Source: a virus
Virus record (IMG/VR): IMGVR_UViG_3300025133_000023
Length of the DNA: 64,000 nucleotides
Reading direction: 5' to 3' (one strand)
In this document: one piece after another, positions 46,326-56,184 of the stretch
Layout of the letters: each line of letters starts with the position of its first letter
Numbering within the stretch: the stretch's first letter is position 1
The notes under the pieces: model-generated
What the model was told of the DNA's origin: nothing
Database searches by the model: none
Seen by the model: the letters and a program-made list of their open reading frames with translations, nothing else
Position numbers and translations under genes: made by a program

Positions 46326-46876
46326 TGACAAAGATTGGGATCTTCTTAGACCGGGATGGTGTGTTGAATATCAACACCCATTACCCACACCTTATTGAAG
46401 ATTGTTACCCGGCACCTACGGCCAAGAAGGCTATGGAACGAATCCTCGCGGACGATAGGTTTATTCCTATTGTGGTAACAAACCAAGGAGGAGTGGGTCA
46501 GGGGCACTACTCTAAAAGGGACTGCTTTAGCTTTCAGCTAGAGCTAATGAGGCAGCTTGACTGCACGATCCCTCGAAGACAGTGGTATCACAGCTGGGCC
46601 ACAGAAGATAATCACTTCCTAAGGAAGCCCAATCCAGGCATGTTGTTGAGGGCTGCCCAGGATCATGATATTGATCTTGGGCAGTCCGCTATGTTTGGGG
46701 ATAAAGAGTCGGACATGCTAGCTGGAATAAAAGCTGGCTGTTGTGCGGTATACTTAATAGGAGAGGGACGACCGTCTCTCTTTTCACAAGTAGACGCATT
46801 CATGGAGGCCACATGTCAGACTACGAACGACCTCACCTCAGACTCCCGGTACCCGAAAGGAAGATTACCGAGGTAG
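46325..46876 (+). CDS. gmhB: GmhB-like HAD phosphatase
   Basis: FLDRDGVLN, TNQGG, RKPNPGML, GDKESD. Confidence 0.88.
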   Translation: MTKIGIFLDRDGVLNINTHYPHLIEDCYPAPTAKKAMERILADDRFIPIVVTNQGGVGQGHYSKRDCFSFQLELMRQLDCTIPRRQWYHSWATEDNHFLRKPNPGMLLRAAQDHDIDLGQSAMFGDKESDMLAGIKAGCCAVYLIGEGRPSLFSQVDAFMEATCQTTNDLTSDSRYPKGRLPR

Positions 46877-47007
46877 CAGACAACAGGGAAACTATCCCTG
46901 ATAAGGCTGTTATCGAAAAGAATACATTTGTTGTTGACCTTACAGTCGACTTCGATGCTTACGGAGAGTACGACGCCAACAATGGGAAGAACGTATTCGA
47001 TATGTAG
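46741..47007 (+). CDS. small hypothetical protein
   Basis: True start probably later (MSDYERP). Confidence 0.5.
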   Translation: MCGILNRRGTTVSLFTSRRIHGGHMSDYERPHLRLPVPERKITEVADNRETIPDKAVIEKNTFVVDLTVDFDAYGEYDANNGKNVFDM

Positions 47008-47015
47008 GACACACC

Positions 47016-47297
47016 ATGGAAGAATCTAACGACCTTAACGTCACTGAAAAGCTAGCCGAGCTTGATGACGCAATGGAGAGCCTTGGCTTTCACCAAGCAA
47101 ACTCAGTAGAAGAAGCTCTTGAAGCTGCTCCTGAGCAAGCCCCAGTACCAGAGAAGTCTAACTTCACACCTATTCCTAAGAAGATGAACGGTGTTTACTT
47201 TCAGCTAAAGAGAGTAAGCCCAAACCGAACTGAGATCTTCATGCATGGGCCTGACGGTGATGCATTCCCTACAGGTGTTGGTTGGGATAAGAGATAG
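47016..47297 (+). CDS. hypothetical protein
   Basis: ATG with AGGA. Confidence 0.65.
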   Translation: MEESNDLNVTEKLAELDDAMESLGFHQANSVEEALEAAPEQAPVPEKSNFTPIPKKMNGVYFQLKRVSPNRTEIFMHGPDGDAFPTGVGWDKR

Positions 47298-47584
47298 TGA
47301 GTATCCTTAATGAGGTTAATGGGTGGGGTGAACCTGCTCCTATTCGCAACGAACTACCTGGCTGTTGGCAAGCTGTCATTGAAGACATGAAAAGCCGAGA
47401 CAGGTTTGGTCGAGAAAAGTATGGAACACCACTTCAACCTAACAATGGAAGGAATGCCTTGCAGGATGCATACGAAGAAGTCCTTGACTTAGCTGTGTAT
47501 TTGAAGCAAAAGATTATGGAAGAGGAGATGAAAGATGCTGAAAGAAAAGGGACCAAAGCCGTGGGAAACCCAAGTACTGATTGA
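47297..47584 (+). CDS. MazG-like all-alpha NTP pyrophosphatase family protein
   Basis: GREKYGTPL..ALQDAYEEVLDLAVYL (EExxD). Confidence 0.7.
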   Translation: MSILNEVNGWGEPAPIRNELPGCWQAVIEDMKSRDRFGREKYGTPLQPNNGRNALQDAYEEVLDLAVYLKQKIMEEEMKDAERKGTKAVGNPSTD

Positions 47585-48080
47585 TTGTGATGGAGTTCTA
47601 GCAGAACTCATCATTCCAGCAGAGTTCTTTGCTGGAGATCGCAATCGGCCTGAACTCAAGCCACTAGACGAACCAAACTGGGCCTATGCAATGAATCCAG
47701 TAAAGGGGAGTCGTGAGCTTATCGACTCTATCGAAGAGATGGGGCTTGAAACAACCGTACTCACCTCACCCTGGGACACTAGCATGACCTGGGACTGGGA
47801 CCGTAAGAGATGGCTACTTCAGATATATGGGATTGATAAGTACCACGTTATTTTTGCTAAGCAGAAATGGCTAGTGGGTGGACTAACCCTCATAGAGGAC
47901 AAGGCAGAGAATGCTAACTGGTGGTCGGAACAACACAACCGTCCATCCATCCTAATCAACCAATATTGGAATGTAGAAGAAGAACTAGACCCTAGAGTTA
48001 TTCGAGTGGATAACCTAGAGGAGGCTACTGCAGCCGTAAGGAGCCTACATGCTTGGCATCATTGTCGCAGTAAGCGATAA
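47535..48080 (+). CDS. 5'(3')-deoxyribonucleotidase (NT5C-like HAD)
   Basis: LIDCDGVLA, VLTSP, KRWL, LIED. Confidence 0.8.
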   Translation: MLKEKGPKPWETQVLIDCDGVLAELIIPAEFFAGDRNRPELKPLDEPNWAYAMNPVKGSRELIDSIEEMGLETTVLTSPWDTSMTWDWDRKRWLLQIYGIDKYHVIFAKQKWLVGGLTLIEDKAENANWWSEQHNRPSILINQYWNVEEELDPRVIRVDNLEEATAAVRSLHAWHHCRSKR

Positions 48081-48534
48081 CAACGTCATTGGGAAGAACA
48101 ATGAAATTCCTTGGGACTGTCCAGAAGACATGGCAAGATTTGTTACCATCACCAAGCGCCACCCTATTATCATGGGAAGACGAACGTTTAAGTCTATTGG
48201 TAAACCTCTCCCAGGACGCATTAACATCGTTGTGACTAGAAAGTACATCGATTTGATTAATGTCCACTCCGTAAACAGCTTGGAGAACGCCCTAAGGGTT
48301 GCTGAGTCCTTTTCTCCAATGATGCCTTTCGTCATTGGTGGGACTAGGCTTTATGCCGAAGCTCTACCTATCGCAACACACTTGTTCTTTACTAGAATCC
48401 ATCAAGAAGTAGAGGGAGATACTTTCTTCCCACCAATCGAATGGACTCACTGGGAACAAACAGAAGAAGAGAAGCATACCAGCTTTACCTTCTCCACTTG
48501 GGAGCATAAAGATCCATGGGACATCGAATACTAG
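48049..48534 (+). CDS. folA: dihydrofolate reductase
   Basis: VIGKNNEIPW, IIMGRRTF, LPGRINIV, VIGG, GDTFFP. Confidence 0.97.
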   Translation: MLGIIVAVSDNNVIGKNNEIPWDCPEDMARFVTITKRHPIIMGRRTFKSIGKPLPGRINIVVTRKYIDLINVHSVNSLENALRVAESFSPMMPFVIGGTRLYAEALPIATHLFFTRIHQEVEGDTFFPPIEWTHWEQTEEEKHTSFTFSTWEHKDPWDIEY

Positions 48535-49286
48535 TTGTAGGTGATCATATCTATGATGACTACATTCAGGGCACAATTGATGAAGCTAATGAGGGTGGCC
48601 CAAGGTTCAGGGCAAACGAATATCTAGCGAGAACAGAACAGGGAGGCGCGGCGTTCGTTAGAGACGCTGTGGCCTCCTTTTCTCATGTTAATCACTCCAA
48701 CGTTGACTACATTAGAACGTCTATCAGTCGCATTAAGCGCTTTCAGAATCAAGAGACAAAGGAAACTCTCCTTACTGTTGATGACTTTGAAGATCACTAC
48801 TTCGAGACTGATAAGTGTAGAGGTTATACACATGACGCAGCTATTGTATGGGATGACAGCAGGTGTGAAGATTCATACCCGTGGGGAGACGCCCTAACTA
48901 CTCTTCACCCTGAGGCCTTAACCGTAGTTGATAGCGTCCGCGCCAAGAGCTGGGACACACCCTTCACCTGCTACATTAAGATGACACTAAGTGACTGGGA
49001 TGGATACAGGCCCAAGCATGCAACATTAATTCTAACTAGCTCTAGAGCTGTCTCTCTTTATGAGCCTCGCAAACCTCTTCGAGTCTATAATGTAAATGAA
49101 ATCGACCCCATTGATCCTATTGGAGCAGGCGATGTGTTCCTTAGTGTGTTTGTAACCATACTTCTCGAAGGATGGGGCGAGGATAAGGCAATTCGAGAAG
49201 CCATACATTATGCCAGTAAGTCAGTGACTTACCATGGCTGCCGTATCCCGAGGCGAGACCGTGCCAGAACATTTAGTACTGTTTGA
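48516..49286 (+). CDS. PfkB-family sugar kinase (HldE kinase-like)
   Basis: LVVGDHIYDDY, GGAAFV, DPIGAGDVF. Confidence 0.8.
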   Translation: MGHRILVVGDHIYDDYIQGTIDEANEGGPRFRANEYLARTEQGGAAFVRDAVASFSHVNHSNVDYIRTSISRIKRFQNQETKETLLTVDDFEDHYFETDKCRGYTHDAAIVWDDSRCEDSYPWGDALTTLHPEALTVVDSVRAKSWDTPFTCYIKMTLSDWDGYRPKHATLILTSSRAVSLYEPRKPLRVYNVNEIDPIDPIGAGDVFLSVFVTILLEGWGEDKAIREAIHYASKSVTYHGCRIPRRDRARTFSTV

Positions 49287-50088
49287 TTTTGACGGAACTC
49301 TTACCCTGCCTAGAGAAGCAATAGATTCAGCTGCGCTCAAAGCTCTTTATAAGCTTTGGGAAGCTTGTTCTACTGGAATCGTTACTGGTTCCACTATTGA
49401 ACATGTTGAAGAACAACTAGGTAGCTACCTTAAAGACCCCAAATATACAGAAATGTGGGAAGACATGCTCTTCCTGCCATGTAATGGAACCCAGCAATGG
49501 GGTTGGGAAGCTGATGTTCAAGAGTTCAGGCTCATTAGAGGTGCCAACATGATTGATAAGCTAGGTGAGTATAACTATAGACGTCTCATTAGCTATGTCC
49601 TAGAGCTTCAGTGTACTCTCATCCGAAGGAATGAATCCGTACCCCTTACTGGAGAGTTCATCCAGTATAGAGACTCAATGGTGAACTGGTGTCCCATTGG
49701 TAGAGCAGCTGGTACTGCCTACCGTAAGCAGTTCAAAGAGCTTGACGCTAAGCATAACATCAGGACTCAATACCTCCGAGACCTTAATGCTTGGCTTGCC
49801 AAAAGAGAAATCGAAGTAACCTGTGCTCGTGGGGGAAATACTTCATTTGACATTTATCCTACTGGCTGGAATAAGTCTTATGTTCTAGATCACTTAGACG
49901 GTGGGGACTATGATATCTGGTTCGTAGGGGACAGATGTACCGGTGACGGCAACGATAAGGCCCTGTATGATGTCCTTCCAGAGGGTCGTCGTTGGGAAAC
50001 AACAGGCCCTAAGAACACAGTAAATATCATCTTGAAAGAGATACTCCCAAGAGTAGAAAATAATGAAACAACATCCTTCGATTACTAG
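49234..50088 (+). CDS. eukaryote-type phosphomannomutase (HAD-IIB, PMM/Sec53-like)
   Basis: LFDFDGTLT, GIVTGS, FIQYRDSMVNWCPIGR, GGNTSFDIYPTGWNK, FVGDR..GND. Confidence 0.85.
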   Translation: MAAVSRGETVPEHLVLFDFDGTLTLPREAIDSAALKALYKLWEACSTGIVTGSTIEHVEEQLGSYLKDPKYTEMWEDMLFLPCNGTQQWGWEADVQEFRLIRGANMIDKLGEYNYRRLISYVLELQCTLIRRNESVPLTGEFIQYRDSMVNWCPIGRAAGTAYRKQFKELDAKHNIRTQYLRDLNAWLAKREIEVTCARGGNTSFDIYPTGWNKSYVLDHLDGGDYDIWFVGDRCTGDGNDKALYDVLPEGRRWETTGPKNTVNIILKEILPRVENNETTSFDY

Positions 50089-50467
50089 AGACGATAAGCA
50101 AACAAGAGTAAAGAAAACATGGGGAGAAGAAGTTTGGCTTGCCAACTCTCCCCTCTATTGTGGAAAGAGGCTATTCATCCGTAAGGGATATGGATCAAGC
50201 ATGCACTTCCACGTACTCAAGACTGAAACTATAAGTGTAGAGAGCGGTTCTTTGGAACTGAAAATACTGGAAGAAGGGGAGGAGGCCCGGTACATCTTAT
50301 ATTCTGGTGATTCAATCTTGATAACACCAGGGCTTATGCATCAGCTTATAGCTAAGACCGAGGATGTCGTTCTATATGAGTTTTCTACTCAGCACTTCGA
50401 TACGGATTCATACAGAGTCAGGCTTCATGCCCCTCTTGCTTCCCGTAACGTTAGCGCCGACTTATAA
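50063..50467 (+). CDS. cupin (mannose-6-P isomerase / lyxose isomerase-like)
   Basis: KKTWGEE, SMHFH..KTET, PGLMH, EFST.H..DSYR. Confidence 0.8.
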   Translation: MKQHPSITRDDKQTRVKKTWGEEVWLANSPLYCGKRLFIRKGYGSSMHFHVLKTETISVESGSLELKILEEGEEARYILYSGDSILITPGLMHQLIAKTEDVVLYEFSTQHFDTDSYRVRLHAPLASRNVSADL

Positions 50468-50645
50468 GGTTACACTTCCACTAACCCCACCAATACCAAA
50501 ATCAGATTACTGTCTCGTTTACGTGGCCTGGCCCCAAGGGGAAAGGACAGCGGTGGGAGAGTATTACTATCTTCGGGTCGAAAGCGATATGCTCGTACCC
50601 AATGGACGATTACTAAGGGAGCCGTATGCGTATAGAAAACATTGA
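50427..50645 (+). CDS. small hypothetical protein
   Basis: Fills the cupin-primase gap with overlaps. Confidence 0.4.
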   Translation: MPLLLPVTLAPTYKVTLPLTPPIPKSDYCLVYVAWPQGERTAVGEYYYLRVESDMLVPNGRLLREPYAYRKH

Positions 50646-53121
50646 TGAGGTCATGGGAAAGCTTAAGGGTAAGCTCTCCGAATACATGACACATCTCCTG
50701 GGCAGAGACCCAGGTAAGAGCAAATTCATTTGTCCACACCCAGACCACGACGACCACAACCCCAGTGCATGCCTGAATCATCATGAAGACTTTACCGAGG
50801 GGAAGTGCTTCACCTGTGGTGCTAACTTTGACATCTTTACTGTCGCTCACTGGAATGAAGGGCTCCCTGCAGAAGGACCAGAGTTCTTCGAGATAACCGT
50901 CAGAGAGCTTGCTGACCGCTTCGGAATTACTCTAGTAGAGGCAGAGCTGACGGACGCAGAAAAGAAGCTCTACGGAACCTACAGGGCTCTCAGGAGAGCC
51001 TCTGAATATGTAGCTAGCTTTGACCATGGAACATGGCCAGAAGCTACTCTAGAATATATTGAAGAACGAAACTGGACCAAGCAAGAACTCCATGACCAAG
51101 GCATTGGCGTAGGCGATAGAGAAGGTCTCATCAACTACATGAATGACTATGGCTATAGTCCTGAATACCTCCACCAGCTGGGGCTAGTTAGTATTGCTTC
51201 AGGTGATGGTGTTCCACAAGTTATTGACGATGGACGGCTTATCTTTACTCTACACAACCATGTAGGTAGGGTGGTAGCGTTTGCGTCTAGAGGATTTGGC
51301 GGAGTCGGTCCCAAGTACCTGAATTCATCAGCATCCATGAATCTCTACAACAAGTCAGAGCTTCTCTATGGATTGAACGTAGCCCGTAAGGTCAAGAGGA
51401 AGCCCCTCTACCTATTTGAAGGCTATGGTGATGTAGTCACCGCCCGTAAGGGTGGATTACAGAACTGTGCAGCGGTATGTGGCACAGCCCTTACTGTTGA
51501 TCAGGTCCTACAGGCTAAGCAGCTTGGGTTCCAGACAATCATCCTTGCATTTGATTTCGATGATGCAGGCAGAAAGGCTACCGACAGAGCTGTAGTTAAC
51601 ATTTGCGACGTCGTTCGTGACTTAAGCCTTAAGATCCTTCAGCCAACTACCGACTACAATGACCCAGATGAATACATCAGAGCTAATGATATCTCTAAGT
51701 TCATCCTTGAAGAAACTGAAAGTACATTCTCATGGACCCTTAGGCGTAAGAAAGAAGAAGGCCTGGGCAATGAAGAACTAGCTAACCTTATGGTAAGCGT
51801 GATTGCTGCAGAGCCTAACGCCATCTCTAGAGAGGTCCAGATTCGAGAGCTTTCAGACGTTACGTCTGTTCCGTTCCATGCTATTGAGATTGAAGTCTTG
51901 AAGAAGACCGATATCAAGCTAGATGAGCGGCGCTTACGACAGAACGCTGTAGTCAAGCGGCTAGCAATGGACATCGATAACGATCCCAACGCAGCCCTTA
52001 TGTCTACGCACGAGGCTCTTCTAGAGTTCGAGAAGATTAGTCAAGAAGTAGACGCAGACGCTGTCACTAACAAGTCCTTCATTACAATGATCGAGCTTCA
52101 GCAGAAGCAAGAGCAGGTAAGGCTTGAGGAAGGGGCTTCTATAGGTTTCAACCTGCCGCTTATGAAAGACTTCCAGACTATTCTGGATGGTGGTGACGAT
52201 TGGTCCTTCCAGAACCTATGGCTTTTGGGTGGACTAGAAAACACTGGCAAGTCCAGCTTCCTTAGCTGGATGGGTGCCAACATCATCAGTGATGACATGA
52301 ACGATGCTATGTGGATTTGTTTCACTATCGATGATACAGGTCAGCAGATTCTACCTAAGATTGTAACTTCGTTGGACTCAATCATCAATGGAGCTTATTT
52401 CCCATCAGATCCACTAACTATCGGTAATGTAAGAAACCCTAGAACCATCCAAACTCCAACACTTGCAAAAAGAAGAGCTGCAGCGTATGATGTACTGGAA
52501 GGCCTGGCAGCCGACGAGAGAATCATCCTTAAAGACGCCAAGGAGGGTAATACCCTGTCTTATCTTGAGAATGTCGTACGTCATTACAGACGAAGGTATC
52601 CTTCGAGAAGAATCTTCATTACAGTAGACAACACACACAACCTCGGTGACTTTGGTCACATGGATGATAGGTCAGAGCGCTACAAGCGTCTTGCTAACGT
52701 CGAAAAGGGTATTGTAAACAAGTATGACGCAATGATGCTTGCAACCGTTGAGTACAAAAAGGTTGGCCTCAGAGAGAATTCTGACATCCGTAAGATGATG
52801 CCCCAGAATGATGACATCGCTGAGACCAGAGCCCTCAAGTACTTGGCAAACTTCATTGGTCACCTTTACAACGATATTCATTCTCGCCCTAACATCTTTG
52901 ACACTTTCCATATAGACCCAAGAACCGGACAAAAGCTCCCTCGAATCATGATGAACGTAGGTAAGACTAAGTTCAATGACTACAAGGGTGCAGTCTCGTT
53001 TGACTTCTTTCCAGGGTCCTCTACGTTCTTGCCTGTGAGCAACACAGACGTTAAGCTACAAAGAGAAAGGTTTCTTAAGGATAGAGACGAAGGCGACGAG
53101 ATGAAGGACGAGAAATGGTAA
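50626..53121 (+). CDS. DnaG-type primase fused to SF4 helicase-like domain
   Basis: Zn-binding CPHPDH..KCFTC, KYLNS, Toprim FEGYGDV..DFDDAG, DPDE, P-loop GLENTGKS. Confidence 0.88.
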   Translation: MRIENIDEVMGKLKGKLSEYMTHLLGRDPGKSKFICPHPDHDDHNPSACLNHHEDFTEGKCFTCGANFDIFTVAHWNEGLPAEGPEFFEITVRELADRFGITLVEAELTDAEKKLYGTYRALRRASEYVASFDHGTWPEATLEYIEERNWTKQELHDQGIGVGDREGLINYMNDYGYSPEYLHQLGLVSIASGDGVPQVIDDGRLIFTLHNHVGRVVAFASRGFGGVGPKYLNSSASMNLYNKSELLYGLNVARKVKRKPLYLFEGYGDVVTARKGGLQNCAAVCGTALTVDQVLQAKQLGFQTIILAFDFDDAGRKATDRAVVNICDVVRDLSLKILQPTTDYNDPDEYIRANDISKFILEETESTFSWTLRRKKEEGLGNEELANLMVSVIAAEPNAISREVQIRELSDVTSVPFHAIEIEVLKKTDIKLDERRLRQNAVVKRLAMDIDNDPNAALMSTHEALLEFEKISQEVDADAVTNKSFITMIELQQKQEQVRLEEGASIGFNLPLMKDFQTILDGGDDWSFQNLWLLGGLENTGKSSFLSWMGANIISDDMNDAMWICFTIDDTGQQILPKIVTSLDSIINGAYFPSDPLTIGNVRNPRTIQTPTLAKRRAAAYDVLEGLAADERIILKDAKEGNTLSYLENVVRHYRRRYPSRRIFITVDNTHNLGDFGHMDDRSERYKRLANVEKGIVNKYDAMMLATVEYKKVGLRENSDIRKMMPQNDDIAETRALKYLANFIGHLYNDIHSRPNIFDTFHIDPRTGQKLPRIMMNVGKTKFNDYKGAVSFDFFPGSSTFLPVSNTDVKLQRERFLKDRDEGDEMKDEKW

Positions 53122-54131
53122 CGAAAGCTAAAGGTTTGCTTCGTAAGCCCGCATTCTGGCTTACTGTGGCCCTAATCATTTTCCTATCAGCTAATGCTGT
53201 ACAGGCATTTGTTCACTACAACAAAGCTAGGTTGTTTAAAGATCAAATAACAGAGCTTACAGATTCAAGCCTTAACCTTTCCGAAAACCTTGCCCGAAGC
53301 AAGGCCGTACACGTAACCGTAGTAGACCTAAAGGATGCTATCGATGACCTCATTGAAGATAACCAAGCGCTTCGAGCAGATCTTGCTGAGCTTAAGGCAA
53401 AGCCGACGTCAGTCACATATGTCCTCGGCTCCACAGGTGAAGAAACTACCGAGACTTTCAGGCCTAACCCTGGTGACACAACCTCATCCGACCTACTTGC
53501 CTGGGTGCCGGATATATATGAGTACCGTACTCCTAACGGACTACCTGTTGCACGGCACGAGCTGGACAGAGAACGGCAAACGTTCGATGCTACAACGGCT
53601 GAGCTTCAATTTGAATCTACAACAGTTCTTTCAGCGAGAGAAGATGATAGTCAAGTCGCGCATACTCAGGTCCGTGTTGTCTCTTCACTCGACCCCGAAA
53701 ATATGGTCACATTAGATACAATCGAAAGCGAGACTAAATTTGTCGATACTCTTAAGCGCAGCATGCGAGTCGCACCTCACCTTAATCTTGGGGCTTCAGT
53801 CGGGGGAAACTTCGCCGCACCGCCTGGGCTTACAGTGGGAGTCCAAGCAGGGGTTAGCCCTTTTGCTTATGGCAGAACTGATAGAGATAACACACTCAGG
53901 TTCGTTAACATCCGTGGCGAAGTGGGCAGTCAAGTTGGCGTGGGCGATGGACAGAGTAGGCCCTACATCGGAGTCGGCATTGATCCAGTCCTTGTTAACA
54001 TTGGGGAATTCCTCCCACTACTTGATGACCTGTGGCTTGGGATTGGCCCAACCGTTGACATCATCCCTGGAACTGAAGGTGTACCCACCATCGGAGCCGG
54101 ACTCAGCTTCGGAATTACTTCCACCATTTGA
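53115..54131 (+). CDS. membrane-anchored coiled-coil protein with beta-rich C-terminus
   Basis: N-terminal TM, heptads, Gly-rich amphipathic strands. Confidence 0.65.
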   Translation: MVTKAKGLLRKPAFWLTVALIIFLSANAVQAFVHYNKARLFKDQITELTDSSLNLSENLARSKAVHVTVVDLKDAIDDLIEDNQALRADLAELKAKPTSVTYVLGSTGEETTETFRPNPGDTTSSDLLAWVPDIYEYRTPNGLPVARHELDRERQTFDATTAELQFESTTVLSAREDDSQVAHTQVRVVSSLDPENMVTLDTIESETKFVDTLKRSMRVAPHLNLGASVGGNFAAPPGLTVGVQAGVSPFAYGRTDRDNTLRFVNIRGEVGSQVGVGDGQSRPYIGVGIDPVLVNIGEFLPLLDDLWLGIGPTVDIIPGTEGVPTIGAGLSFGITSTI

Positions 54132-54220
54132 GATTAACTTCTTCAGAGGGTTTTATCATTGGGGGAAGGCCTCACCATGGGAGTTTCGTTACGCTAGAAA
54201 GATCGTAAAAGGAAAATAAC

Positions 54221-54730
54221 ATGAGCACTATCACAAGAATCGGAGAAGGAAGAGGCTACTCTCAAAGAGAGGCCCTTCTTGACTGGCTAACCAATGATGA
54301 AACCCTACGGGCTGAAGGCATTTCCTTTGGACAAGAGGCTCTCGTCACAACTGAGCCTATTACTGTAGAGGAGCTTGTCTCTCCCCGTAGAGCTAAGCGT
54401 ATTCACACGGATACTTTCCCTCAAAAGGGACAGCGTAAGTTTGTCACCTCCTATTACGTATGGGACAATGTGGTTGAGAGCAAAGTTGAGTTCAATCTCG
54501 ATTGTAATCTCCACCTCAACATAGCCACAGACAAAGTCAATACTGGTGTCTACTTTAGGCGTCAAATGGATGCTATTGCAGCGGCCAAAGAGCTGTCTAA
54601 GCACACTCACCAATCTTATGAAATCATCATTGCTAAGGTCCTTGTTAGCGGTAACTCAACCGTTGCTAAGATAACCCCAGGCAAGTCACGACCAGGAACA
54701 TACAAGTTCACAGGTCAATTCAAATACTAG
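54221..54730 (+). CDS. hypothetical protein
   Basis: ATG with AAGGA. Confidence 0.75.
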   Translation: MSTITRIGEGRGYSQREALLDWLTNDETLRAEGISFGQEALVTTEPITVEELVSPRRAKRIHTDTFPQKGQRKFVTSYYVWDNVVESKVEFNLDCNLHLNIATDKVNTGVYFRRQMDAIAAAKELSKHTHQSYEIIIAKVLVSGNSTVAKITPGKSRPGTYKFTGQFKY

Positions 54731-54741
54731 GAACCATATCA

Positions 54742-55011
54742 ATGGGACGCAGAATCGTTAAACCACTACAAGGCTTACCTAAAGTAGACCCCCGACGTGG
54801 AGGTAAAGATATTACCAATAGGCTTGAGGCAGAGAAGCTTTTCTTCAAGGAAGGAAGCAAGGAGGCTCGCCTTGTTGTCAAGGCAATTCCAGTGTTAAGG
54901 CTACTTCAGCGCACTGAAACTATGCTGAAGTCCCTTGCGGGAGCTACTGCTGAGGAAAGACAATTAATCGATGAGCTCGGCAAGATGCTGGACTATATCG
55001 AATTCGGATAG
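54742..55011 (+). CDS. hypothetical protein
   Basis: ATG with AGGA. Confidence 0.7.
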   Translation: MGRRIVKPLQGLPKVDPRRGGKDITNRLEAEKLFFKEGSKEARLVVKAIPVLRLLQRTETMLKSLAGATAEERQLIDELGKMLDYIEFG

Positions 55012-55014
55012 CCT

Positions 55015-55194
55015 ATGATCTACGAGTACAAATGTAAAGACATCACCTGCGGGACAATCTTTGAGCTTATTCGTAAGCTATCAGAGAAGGACGAACCTGC
55101 AGAGTGTCCTACTTGTGGGAAAGATGATTGTCGAAAACTTCTGTCTATCTTTGGGAAGCATTTAAGCTGGTCACAATGGCGAGCATTGGACTAG
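55015..55194 (+). CDS. FmdB-family zinc-ribbon protein (59 aa, not in ORF track)
   Basis: MIYEYKC..CGTIFE..CPTCG..RKLLS. Confidence 0.85.
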   Translation: MIYEYKCKDITCGTIFELIRKLSEKDEPAECPTCGKDDCRKLLSIFGKHLSWSQWRALD

Positions 55195-55261
55195 AGTACG
55201 GCTTCATACAGGGATTCGTTGGAGGATACAAGGGGACGGGCATTACCATTGGACTAGACAT

Positions 55262-55969
55262 ATGTTGGTATCAGAAACCGACCTCGCCCTCTTCAGGGAA
55301 TGCCCTGCAGGGTATGAAAAATATAAAATGGGTAAGCCTAATAGACAATTGGGGAGCTTTTCGGCGGGCATTATCCTTGAAACTCCAGTCCAAGCAGTCA
55401 CAAGATGGCTCTGGGCTAGCCAACTGCGCACTGGTTTCCAGTCAACCCTGCGCGCTACTAAGCATAAGTGGGGACAACTAGTTACACAATGGGGTACAGA
55501 GTGTGGACTAGCACACCGTCAAACGAGAGATTACCTGACATTACACATGTCCGCTCTCATTGCCTATCACCACTTCTACCTCACATCAGGATGTGTACCA
55601 CTGTCAGTGGGGAATCCTACTCGGGTGAAGGTGGGAAGGCACACACTCATAACTCTACCCCAAGCAGTAGTCGCCTCAGGCGACACACCCTTATTGCTTA
55701 ACACTAGCTGTGATTCTTCTAACAGGGATACCTCGAATAACTTCGTCTACAGGGCACGGTTGCACGCTGTGGTTCATTTATCAAAACGACCTATGGCAAT
55801 GCTCAGCCATAGATTTGCAGGAAGACTGGAGTCTGCAGGATTTCGACACAGCCATATGTGTAGTGAGGGGTTTCTTAACAACCTTGAGCTTACATTGGAC
55901 TTAATGGAAGCAGGTTTCAATGCACCTTCTGTTATATGTAAAAGTAAGTGCCCCTGTAAGGAGAGCTAA
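55262..55969 (+). CDS. degenerate PD-(D/E)XK/AddB-like protein
   Basis: SETDLALFRECP N-terminus and terminal C..CPC; catalytic motif not evident. Confidence 0.45.
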   Translation: MLVSETDLALFRECPAGYEKYKMGKPNRQLGSFSAGIILETPVQAVTRWLWASQLRTGFQSTLRATKHKWGQLVTQWGTECGLAHRQTRDYLTLHMSALIAYHHFYLTSGCVPLSVGNPTRVKVGRHTLITLPQAVVASGDTPLLLNTSCDSSNRDTSNNFVYRARLHAVVHLSKRPMAMLSHRFAGRLESAGFRHSHMCSEGFLNNLELTLDLMEAGFNAPSVICKSKCPCKES

Positions 55970-56184
55970 TGAAATACCTAGGTGAAGCAGTGGTAACTGT
56001 AGCACTAGCAACAATCACCGGTGTCGTGACATGGATCAAGACACAACAGTACCAAAAACGGAGAGAAGAATACTATGCCAATAGAACAAATGATCAGCAT
56101 TTGCGAATGCAAGAAGTGCAAGAGCACCCTGTTCGAATCAGTCGAGGCGGCTATTATCCAGCAGAACGAGAACGGGACGTATAA
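55969..56184 (+). CDS. small membrane protein
   Basis: N-terminal TM; TAATG coupling. Confidence 0.5.
   Translation: MKYLGEAVVTVALATITGVVTWIKTQQYQKRREEYYANRTNDQHLRMQEVQEHPVRISRGGYYPAERERDV

Noticed and set aside
50619-50630. GAGCCGTATGCG, identical to the start of group II intron domain V
   Set aside because: No complementary CGTACGGTTC strand follows; it overlaps the primase RBS and ATG.
55184-55258. 12-bp direct repeat CATTGGACTAGA, 63 nt apart
   Set aside because: Only two short copies; not a CRISPR array or att site on this evidence.
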